Positions 9,990 to 19,107 of a DNA stretch of 39,763 bases are shown one piece after another (position 1 is the first letter of the stretch; every line of letters starts with the position of its first letter). Origin of the DNA: Mobula birostris (lineage: Eukaryota); the NCBI RefSeq assembly GCF_030028105.1, contig NC_092384.1, positions 12,860,316 to 12,900,078 of the forward strand. Reading direction: 5' to 3'. Under the pieces are notes generated by a model, which was not told the DNA's origin, did not search any database, and saw only the letters and a list, made by a program, of their open reading frames with translations. A program made the translations under genes and the position numbers.

Positions 9990-12923
9990 TTGGGGGGTGG
10001 GAATCAAATTAAAGAGGCTAGGCGTGAGGAGGTTAGTTCACTACAGGGGGATGGGAACCAGTGCAGAGTGGCAGAAGGGTGTAAAGTGAGGGTAGAAACA
10101 AAAAGTACTATGGAGAAAAGTAAAAGTGGCAGGCCGACAAATCCAGGGCAAGCATTAAAAAGGGCCACTTTTCAGCATAATTGTATAAGGGCTAAGAGAG
10201 TTGTAAAAGAGCGCCTGAAGGCTTTGTGTGTCAATGCAAGGAGCATTCGTAATAAGGTGGATGAATTGAAAGTGCAGATTGTTATTAATGATTATGATAT
10301 AGTTGGGATCACAGAGACATGGCTCCAGGGTGACCAGGGATGGGAGCTCAACGTTCAGGGATATTCAATATTCAGGAGGGATAGACATGAAGGAAGGGGA
10401 GGTGGGGTGGCGTTGCTGGTTAAAGAAGAGATTAACGCAATAGAAAGGAAGGACATAAGCCGGGAAGATGTGGAATCGATATGGGTAGAGCTGCGTAACA
10501 CTAAGGGGCAGAAGATGCTGGTGGGAGTTGTGTACAGGCCACCTAACAGTAATAGTGAGGTCGGAGATGGTATTAAACAGGAAATTAGAAATGTGTGCAA
10601 TAAAGGAACAGCAGTTATAATGGGTGACTTCAATCTACATGTAGATTGGGTGAACCAAATTGGTAAAGGTGCTGAGGATGAGGATTTCTTGGAATGTATG
10701 CGGGATGGTTTTTTGAACCAACATGTCGAGGAACCGACTAGAGAGCAGGCTATTCTGGACTGGGTTTTGAGCAATGAGGAAGGGTTAATTAGCAATCTTG
10801 TCGTGAGAGGCCCCTTGGGTAAGAGTGACCATAATATGGTGGAATTCTTCATTAAGATGGAGAGTGACATAGTTAATTCAGAAACAAAGGTTCTGAACTT
10901 AAAGAGGGGTAACTTTGAAGGTATGAGACGTGAATTAGCTAAGATAGACTGGCAAATGACACTTAAAGGATTGACGGTGGATATGCAATGGCAAGCATTT
11001 AAAGGTTGCATGGATGAACTGCAACAAATGTTCATCCCAGTTTGGCAAAAGAATAAATCAAGGAAGGTAGTGCACCCGTGGCTGACAAGAGAAATTAGGG
11101 ATAGTATCAATTCCAAAGAAGCAGCATACAAATTAGCCAGAGAAAGTGGCTCACCTGAGGACTGGGAGAAATTCAGAGTTCAGCAGAGGAGGACAAAGGG
11201 CTTAATTAGGAAGGGGAAAAAAGATTATGAGAGAAAACTGGCAGGCAACATAAAAACGGACTGTAAAAGCTTTTATAGGTATGTAAAAAGGAAAAGACTG
11301 GTAAAGACAAATGTAGGTCCCCTGCAGGCAGAAACAGGTGAGTTGATTATGGGGAGCAAGGACATGGCAGACCAATTGAATAATTACTTTGGTTCTGTCT
11401 TCACTAAGGAGGACATAAATAATCTTCCAGAAATAGTAGGGGACAGAGGGTCCGGTGAGATGGAGGAACTGAGCGAAATACATGTTAGTAGGGAAGTGGT
11501 GTTAGGTAAATTGAAGGGATTGAAGGCAGATAAATCCCCAGGGCCAGATGGTCTGCATCCCAGGGTGCTTAAGGAAGTAGCCCAAGAAATAGTGGATGCA
11601 TTAGTGATAATTTTTCAAAACTCGTTAGATTCTGGACTAGTTCCTGAGGATTGGAGGGTGGCTAATGTAACTCCACTTTTTAAAAAAGGAGGGAGAGAGA
11701 AACCGGGGAATTATAGACCGGTTAGCCTAACGTCGGTGGTGGGGAAACTGCTGGAGTCAGTTATCAAGGATGTGATAACAGCACATTTGGAAAGTGGTGA
11801 AATCATCGGACAAAGTCAGCATGGATTTGTGAAAGGAAAATCATGTCTGACGAATCTCATAGAATTTTTTGAGGATGTAACTAGTAGAGTGGATAGGGGA
11901 GAACCAGTGGATGTGGTATATTTGGATTTTCAGAAGGCTTTTGACAAGGTCCCACACAGGAGATTAGTGTGCAAACTTAAAGCACACGGTATTGGGGGTA
12001 AGGTATTGGTGTGGGTGGAGAGTTGGTTAGCAGACAGGAAGCAAAGAGTGGGAATAAATGGGACCTTTTCAGAATGGCAGGCAGTGACTAGTGGGGTACC
12101 GCAAGGCTCAGTGCTGGGACTCCAGTTGTTTACAATATATATTAATGACTTGGATGAGGGAATTAAATGCAGCATCTCCAAGTTTGCGGATGACACGAAG
12201 CTGGGTGGCAGTGTTAGCTGTGAGGAGGATGCTAAGAGGATGCAGGGTGACTTGGATAGGTTGGGTGAGTGGGCAAATTCATGGCAGATGCAATTTAATG
12301 TGGATAAATGTGAAGTTATCCACTTTGGTGGCAAAAATAGGAAAACAGATTATTATCTGAATGGTGGCCGATTAGGAAAAGGGGAGGTGCAACGTGACCT
12401 GGGTGTCATTATACACCAGTCATTGAAAGTGGGCATGCAGGTACAGCAGGCGGTGAAAAAGGCGAATGGTATGCTGGCATTTATAGCGAGAGGATTTGAG
12501 TACAGGAGCAGGGAGGTACTACTGCAGTTGTACAAGGCCTTGGTGAGACCGCACCTGGAGTATTGTGTGCAGTTTTGGTCCCCTAATCTGAGAAAAGACA
12601 TCCTTGCCATAGAGGGAGTACAGAGAAGGTTCACCAGATTGATTCCTGGGATGGCAGGACTTTCATATGAAGAAAGAATGGATGAACTGGGCTTGTACTC
12701 GTTGGAATTTAGAAGATTGAGGGGGGATCTGATTGAAACGTATAAGATCCTAAAGGGATTGGACAGGCTAGATGTAGGAAGATTGTTCCCAATGTTGGGG
12801 AATTCCAGAACAAGGGGTCACAGTTTGAGGATAGAGGGGAAGCCTTTTAGGACCGAGATTGTCAGGGCCCTAGCAGAGATATCTAAAACATCCTTAGTGA
12901 CAAGAGAGCTACCAGAGGATTAA
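9990..12923 (+). CDS. CR1 ORF2p: APE endonuclease plus reverse transcriptase, with a chimeric last 20 aa
   Basis: 977-aa open frame. EN motifs NARSI, GITETW, VYRPP, GDFN, LDWVL, SDH; RT motifs PGPDG, YRPVSLTS, QHGF, YLDFQKAFD, GVPQGS, FADD. First in-frame ATG is at 10110. Confidence 0.95.
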   Translation: MGGGNQIKEARREEVSSLQGDGNQCRVAEGCKVRVETKSTMEKSKSGRPTNPGQALKRATFQHNCIRAKRVVKERLKALCVNARSIRNKVDELKVQIVINDYDIVGITETWLQGDQGWELNVQGYSIFRRDRHEGRGGGVALLVKEEINAIERKDISREDVESIWVELRNTKGQKMLVGVVYRPPNSNSEVGDGIKQEIRNVCNKGTAVIMGDFNLHVDWVNQIGKGAEDEDFLECMRDGFLNQHVEEPTREQAILDWVLSNEEGLISNLVVRGPLGKSDHNMVEFFIKMESDIVNSETKVLNLKRGNFEGMRRELAKIDWQMTLKGLTVDMQWQAFKGCMDELQQMFIPVWQKNKSRKVVHPWLTREIRDSINSKEAAYKLARESGSPEDWEKFRVQQRRTKGLIRKGKKDYERKLAGNIKTDCKSFYRYVKRKRLVKTNVGPLQAETGELIMGSKDMADQLNNYFGSVFTKEDINNLPEIVGDRGSGEMEELSEIHVSREVVLGKLKGLKADKSPGPDGLHPRVLKEVAQEIVDALVIIFQNSLDSGLVPEDWRVANVTPLFKKGGREKPGNYRPVSLTSVVGKLLESVIKDVITAHLESGEIIGQSQHGFVKGKSCLTNLIEFFEDVTSRVDRGEPVDVVYLDFQKAFDKVPHRRLVCKLKAHGIGGKVLVWVESWLADRKQRVGINGTFSEWQAVTSGVPQGSVLGLQLFTIYINDLDEGIKCSISKFADDTKLGGSVSCEEDAKRMQGDLDRLGEWANSWQMQFNVDKCEVIHFGGKNRKTDYYLNGGRLGKGEVQRDLGVIIHQSLKVGMQVQQAVKKANGMLAFIARGFEYRSREVLLQLYKALVRPHLEYCVQFWSPNLRKDILAIEGVQRRFTRLIPGMAGLSYEERMDELGLYSLEFRRLRGDLIETYKILKGLDRLDVGRLFPMLGNSRTRGHSLRIEGKPFRTEIVRALAEISKTSLVTRELPED

Positions 12924-13054
12924 AGGATAGCCAATGCTGTTCCACTGTTTAAAAAAGACTCTGAACAGAATCTAAGAAATTATAGGCCTGTGAGTCTGAC
13001 ATCAATTGTGGGAAAGTTATTGGAATGTATTCTATGGGACCGGGTATATAAGTA

Positions 13055-13959
13055 ACACACACAAAATGCAGGTGGAACTCAGCAGGCCAGGCAGCATCTA
13101 TGGAAAAGTGCAAAGTCAATGTTGCGGGCCAAGACCCTTCAGCAGGACTGGAGAAAAAGAACAGGAGTAAGGGGGTGGGGAGGAGAGGGACAAACACGGG
13201 GTGATAGGTGAAACTGGGAGGTGGGGAGTGGTGAAGTAAATAGTTGTGAAGTTGATTGATGAAAGCTATACAGGGATGGAGTAGGGGGAATCTATTAGGA
13301 TTCTAATAAGAATCTAATAGCAAGAAAGAAAAAGAGAGGGGAGCACCAGAGGGAGGCAGTAGACAGGTAAGGTGAGAGAGGGAAATAATAATGGGGAATA
13401 GAGAAGAGGGGATCATCACTGGAAATTCGAGAAATTGATATTCATGCCATCAGTTTAGACGCTACCCAGGCAGAATATAAGGTGTTGCTCTTCCAACCTG
13501 AGTGCGGTTTCATTGCGACAGTAGAGGAGGCCATGGATGGACATGTCAGAATGGGAATGGGAAGTGGAATTAAAATTGGTGGGCACTGGGAGAGAAATGG
13601 GAACATGCTCAGGTTGGAGGAGCAACACTTTATATTCCATCAGGGTAGTTTACAACCTTCTATTCTTTCCTATTTGATTTCCCCTTCTCCAGCCCTGCAT
13701 CTCTTTCACCAATCAACTTCCCAACTTTTTACTTTACCCCTCCCTTCCCACAGTTTGACTTATCACCTTGTGTTGCCCTTTACCATCCCCCCACCCTCTT
13801 ATTCTGACTCCATATCTTTTTTCCTCTGTTGAAGGGTCTCGGCCTGAAATGGTGACTGTACTCTTTTCCGTAGATGTTGCCTGGCCTACCGAGTGTCTCG
13901 AGCATTTTGTGTATGTTACTTGGATTTCCAGCATCTTCAGATTTTCTCCTGTTTGTTGA
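13055..13959. mobile_element. Fold-back (inverted) PLE-derived insertion with a 10-bp TSD
   Basis: Left arm is a minus-strand PLE end including the GIY-YIG C-terminal-like peptide FNSTSHSHSDMSIHGLLYC...RLEEQHLIF; right arm 13608-13959 is the same end on the plus strand; TATATAAGTA at 13045-13054 and 13960-13969. Confidence 0.85.
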
Positions 13960-14127
13960 TATATAAGTATTCTGATAGACATGAACTGATTAAGGTTAGT
14001 CAGCATGGCTTTGTGTGTAGTAGGTCATATCAAACCAATCCTAATGAGCATTTGAAGGAAGTTACCGGGAAAGAGGATGAAGGCAAGGCAGTGGATGGTG
14101 TATACAAGGGCTTTAGTAAGGCTTTTG

Positions 14128-14431
14128 TGTTGGCGCGTGGCCAGGTGGTTAAGGTGTTCGTCTAATGATCTGAAGGTCGCTAGTTCGAGCCTTGGCTGAG
14201 GGAGCGTGCTGTGTCCTTGAGCAAGGCACTTAACCACACATTGCTCTGTGATGACACCAATGCCAAGCTGTATGGGTCCTAATGCCCTTCCCTTGGACAG
14301 CATCGGTGGCGTGGAGAGGGGGAGACTTGCAGTATGGGCAACTACTGGTCTTCCATACAACCTTGCCCAGGCCTATGCCCTACCTTCCAAAGTGCAAATC
14401 CATGGTCTCACAAGACTAATGGATGCCTATA
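14128..14431 (+). mobile_element. tRNA-derived SINE
   Basis: A box TGGCCAGGTGG 14138-14148, B box GTTCGAGCC 14183-14191, hairpin GTGTCCTTGAGCAAGGCAC from 14211; TSD TAGTAAGGCTTTTG / TAGTATGGCGTTTG (12/14) at 14114-14127 and 14432-14445. Confidence 0.85.
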
Positions 14432-16073
14432 TAGTATGGCGTTTGACAAGTTCCCACTTGTCAGGAAAGCTCAGTTGCTTGGCACTCAGGATAAGGTAGT
14501 AAATTTTCTTTGTGGGAGAAGCCAGAGAGTGGTAGTGAAGGGTTGCTTCTCTGACTGGGGCCTGTTAGTCATGGTGTGCCTCAAGGATCTCTGCTGGGTC
14601 CTTTGTTGTTTATCATCTAAATCAATAATCTAAATGATAATATGATTATCAACTTTGCAGATGATGCCAAGATTGGAGGTGTTGTGGACAGTAAGGAAGG
14701 TTATCATAGCTTGCAGAGGGATTTGCACCAACTGGAAAAATACACTGAAAAATGACAGATGGAATTTAATGCAGACAAGAGTGAGGTTTTGAACTTTGGT
14801 AGGACCAACCAGGGAAGGTCTTACACAGTGAACGGTAGGGCTCTGAGGAGTGTGGCAGAACAAAGGGATCTGGGAATACAGGTTAATATTTTGTTGAAAG
14901 TGGTGTCACAGCTACATAAGGTTGTAAAGAAAGCTTTCGGCACATTGGCCTTCATAAATCAATGTATTTGGTATTGGAGATGGGAGGCTGTGTTGAAGTA
15001 GTTTTAGATATTGCTGAGGCCTAATTTGGAGTACTGTGTGCAGCTTTGGACACCTACCTACAGGAAAGATGTAAACACGGCTGAAGGAGTACAGAAAAAT
15101 TCACAAGGATATTCAGGTCCTGGAGGACCTGAGTTGTAAGGAAAGATTGAATAGGGCTAGGATTGCATTCCTTGCAACATAGAAACTTGAGGGGAGATAT
15201 GATAGAGGTATACAAAATTATGAGGGGTATAGATAGGGTCATTGCAAGCAAGCTTTTCACTGAGGTTGGGTGGGACTACAACCAGAGGTCATGGGTTGAG
15301 GGGGAAAGGTGAAAAGTTTAAGGGGAACATGAGGAGAAACTTCTTCAGTCAGAGGGTAACAAGAGTGTGGATTGGGCTGCTGACACAAGTGGTGCATGGG
15401 AGCTTGACTTCAATGTTTAAGAGATGTTTGGATAGGTACATGGATAGTAGGGATATGGAGGGTTATGGTCCTGGTGCAGGTCAGTGGTAGTAGGCAGCTT
15501 AAATTCTTTAAGCAGGTACTATATGGGTCAAAGGGCCTCTTTCTCTGTTGTACTTCTCTAAGACTCTTTGAACTTGTGTGCATTTTTACGGTTATCACCC
15601 ATGTCTATCAAGGCCAGCATTTATTGCACATGTCTAGTTATCCCAATAATGTGTTGTTGTGCCTTTGTAAACTGTCAGAATTTATTACAATAACTGTTAG
15701 AACTGTATAGCTACATAAATCACTTATCAAAGACTATTGAGAGTGAAACATGATGGTGTGGAGCTGGAGACATGAATTAGTTATTTCCATACAAGGCCAG
15801 TTACTTTTGGTATTTAAAAAACTACAACTGATTTAAGGTCAGCTGCACTGGTGTTGGAGATTTTTCCCCTGTTGGCAATTACCTATTAGATGTGAACATC
15901 ACTAGGGAAGTGCTGCTAGTGGGTGGACAGGGATATTAACAATACCAAGTTGAAGATATTTAGCTATTTTCTTTATTCAAAATAGATGCCATAAATGACT
16001 GTAGTTCTCCAGACTGGAATGTATCAATACATTGTTCTACCAATTTCAGACAAGAGACCAACACATCTTTTAA

Positions 16074-16377
16074 GCAACACACATCAAAGTTGCTGGTGAA
16101 CGCAGCAGGCCAGGCAGCATCTCTAGGAAGAGGTACAGTCGACGTTTCAGGCCGAGCCCCTTCGTCAGGACTAACTGAAGGAAGAGTTAGTAAGAGATTT
16201 GAAAGTGGGAGGGGGAGGGGAGACCCAAAATGATAGGAGAAGACAGGAGTGGGAGGGATGGAGCCAAGAGCTGGACAGGTGATTGGCAAAGGGGATATGA
16301 GAGGATCATGGGACAGGAGGTCTGGGGAGAAAGACAAGGGGTGGGGGGGGAACCAGAGGATGGGCAAGGGGTATAGT
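16074..16377 (-). mobile_element. 304-bp non-coding PLE-end insertion with a perfect 12-bp TSD
   Basis: CACATCTTTTAA at 16062-16073 and 16378-16389; internal sequence homologous to the other PLE ends. Confidence 0.9.
16137..16172 (-). ncRNA. Minimal type I hammerhead ribozyme with intact core
   Basis: Minus strand AGTC-CUGACGA-AGG(GGCUCGG)CCU-GAAA-C-GUC/GACU: stem I AGUC:GACU, stem II AGG:CCU, loopless ACGU stem III; predicted cut between 16141 and 16140. Confidence 0.8.
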
Positions 16378-16799
16378 CACATCTTTTAATTTTATTTTAG
16401 TACATTCTTCAAAATATGAAAACATGGTCTCATTTCTCTGCACATCATTACTTAGGTACGTTTCTTTGCCATTCATATTGGCTTAAAGGAAATAACCAAC
16501 AAGTGAAACATTGTGACATAATGTGAAATATTCCCCTGTGAAATGTGTCAGTTTCTTAAGGAAAGGAGGAAAAGATTGACAGGTGTGGGATTTTGAACTG
16601 GGAGATACATTCATTAACTGCATTTCGAGGCAAACAACATATTGAAAGTTTTACTTAATACAGTGAATACTTCATGTTACTGTTTAGTTATTGCTTTTGG
16701 TCTTAGTTTAAAAGGCCAAATTGAAACCAATCATACATATTTAGTTGGGAATATCAAACCAGTGTATATAACCACTGTAATTGGTGCTGGTCAGATGTT

Positions 16800-17145
16800 G
16801 GCCTCAGCAAAGGAATGGGTATTTTTCAGACTGTAAGAGAAGTTCTCCAAAGATACTTAGCAAGAATGATAGGCTAGATAACAAGATATTTCCACTCGTG
16901 GGACAGACATGAACAAGAGATATGTTTTTAAGATTAGAAAGAAGCTATTTATAAGTGAGAAACAGTCAAACCTCTTCTCACAGAGGGCTGTAAATCTCTG
17001 GAATTAGGTCATTGATGTGTCTAATGAATTCTTGAAAAACCCAGGAATTGTGGGGAAGTAGCATAGAAGTGAAGATGCCGTAGTCTTTAATCATAATGAA
17101 TCATAATGACTTGAGGGGCTAAGTGGCCTGTCCTTGCTCCTATTC
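16800..17145 (+). mobile_element. Highly decayed CR1 3' end
   Basis: Residual similarity to CR1 C-terminal and 3' UTR blocks elsewhere in the window (GATATTTCCACTCGTGGG, CTTCTCACAGAGGGCTGTAAATCTCTGGAAT, AAGTGGCCTGTCCTTGCTCCTATT). Confidence 0.55.
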
Positions 17146-18169
17146 CTGATTTCGTCATATACAGACTGAAATAATGAACTTTCATGAATTCATAGAACTC
17201 TCTACAAGCACTACTTTATTGACTGAATGCAATGATACTGCATATGCTTTAATCTCTAAGAAATCCATCTTTGTTTTCAGGTATATCAATGTGTCAATTA
17301 CTCTTTAATTACAGATTCAGAGTTTTAGCTTTACAAAGAAAATTTTAATTTTATTTAAAGTAAAATTAAACATTTGTTTCTTGACATTTATGCTATTATG
17401 CAGATTATCTATATTTATAGCTTTCACAGGGAAACAGACAGAACAGCTCTGAAGCATAAACAGATTAATTAATGAGATTAATTAACAGAGTAATAGCATT
17501 ATATTAATGTTAGCTATTTAAACAAAGCATATGTAATGTACAGCAGATATAAAATAAATAGGCAGCAAGCAGCAATCCCTCATACACAAAGGTATTAAAA
17601 AAAATCAATGATTTCTTGTTGACCAAAAGAGTTTGCTAATGGGGCTAATTCACTCTCTCCTGTCTCTCTGCTGGCCTACAACAGTTAGTGTGTGATGATG
17701 TAATTGTAATTCAGCAAAATACAAGAAAACATAAAACCAAAATATAGAAATATTCTCTGCTATTAACTACGAAAAGTAATGTCACATCAATACTGAGGGT
17801 AGTTGTGGCCTTCACAACCACTGGTAGTGTATGGCAGATGTTTTTTTTTTGACTTTGCTACCTTTTAGAATAGAGTAGATACAAGCCCCAAAGCATTCTC
17901 ACTATTTTACCAAACTCCTGGAAATCTGAGTCTCAAACATCAATCAAATGAATCTGGAATAGATTTAATGTGGTATAAGTTTATCTATCTCTAATATGAA
18001 TGGAGATTTTCCTCTCCCCACAAATAGTGAATGATCTGCTGGCCTTTTCCAACTTTCTCCTTTTGGCTTCACTTCTTTCCAGCATAGACTTGACACGCAT
18101 TTCATAATATACATGTCCTTTCATTTCATCTGCACTCCCTCTCTCGCTATAGCTTCAGTCATTAATCAA

Positions 18170-18350
18170 ACAAATACAGGTTTGTAAACTGCACGACAAA
18201 TCCTGTCTCACCCAATCTACTCCACAAATTGAAACTAATTTATTTTCTCATTTATCCAGTTCTGATGAAGGATCTTCAAACTGAAATGTTAGCTGTTTCT
18301 CTTTCCACAGATCCTGTCAGCCTGTTAAACATCTATAGCATTTTCTATGA
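18170..18350 (+). mobile_element. Old PLE 3' end relic containing a hammerhead-like motif (18257-18295)
   Basis: CAGTT-CTGATGA-AG...CT-GAAA-T-GTT/AGCTG followed by TTTCTCTTTCCACAGAT, matching the PLE-end layout. Confidence 0.6.
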
Positions 18351-18901
18351 ATGCTGATCATATACCCCGCTTATCTATCAGTTCTGAATTATGAGTACAT
18401 TTTAAATAAGCAATCAAATGCAATTCACAGTGTCCAAAGAAAATTAGGAATTCTTCAGTGTCCCAAATTATCTCTGCGGAACACCGCTAGCCACTGTCAG
18501 CCAACCAGAAAAGGCTTCCATATTCCCATACTTTGCCTCTTGCTAGTCAGCCAATCTTGTATCCATGCTAACACCATTAAAAGCATAGGCTCATATATAT
18601 TGAGTGGCACATGTGTGGCACCTTGTCAAAGCCCTTTTGAAAGTCCAAGAAAACAACATCCCTGCCTGTTACTTCCTCAAATTATTCCAAAAGGTTTGTC
18701 AGGTAAGATTTCCCATTAACAAAACCACATTGACTTTGACTATTTTATCAATATTTCAGTAAGAGATTAAGTATAATAAAATGCAGTAATTAATGTCTTT
18801 TAAACATCAAATATTTTGATGACACTCTATTGTAATATAAGTATTGATGGCATTACCTAAGCTATAGGTACTATAAAATTCATTTGTTTTATTTAATGAG
18901 A

Positions 18902-19107
18902 TCAGATACTCATTGGTTCATTTCTCTTTTTGTGATGTTTCTTGACCTTTGCCGAGGCATTTGTAGCATCTTCTGTTCTACTTGGGTTCCTTGGTGTCAT
19001 CTCTATGCTCTTTTTTACTGGATCCTGTTTCTTTTTTTCTTTAGACTTTGCTATTATTGGTTCATTACACCGTGAACAGGACTTCGTTTGAACCTTGTCT
19101 TTATGAG
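18902..19107 (-). CDS. Terminal coding exon (cytoplasmic tail) of the Ig C1-TM receptor
   Basis: Acceptor ttttacttgcag|CT in phase 1, matching the TM exon donor; encodes (A)HKDKVQTKSCSRC...KKHHKKRNEPMSI then TGA 18904-18902; non-repetitive; AATAAA at 18893-18888. Confidence 0.6.

Larger units (their letters stand above)
8651..12860 (+). mobile_element. Near-full-length young CR1 LINE (family Y): 5' UTR, ORF1, ORF2; 3' end missing
   Basis: GC-rich 5' UTR, zinc-finger/esterase ORF1 and an open EN-RT ORF2; homology to the other family Y copies stops at KPFRTEI (12860). Confidence 0.95.
12861..15570 (+). mobile_element. Older CR1 LINE (host B), RT region to 3' end, interrupted by a PLE fold-back and a SINE
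   Basis: Decayed ALAEI, NYRPVSLTS, SQHGFV, FSKAF|DK, MEFNADK and RGDMIEVYK motifs in colinear order once the two insertions are removed. Confidence 0.85.

Noticed and set aside
10355-12634. Long minus-strand ORFs (258, 134, 93 aa), repeated at 2231, 2621, 27383 and 27683
   Set aside because: Antisense shadows of CR1 ORF2; they recur only because the element recurs.
14138-14200. tRNA gene
   Set aside because: A and B boxes are present, but it continues into a SINE body with tail and TSD, and no full cloverleaf is evident.
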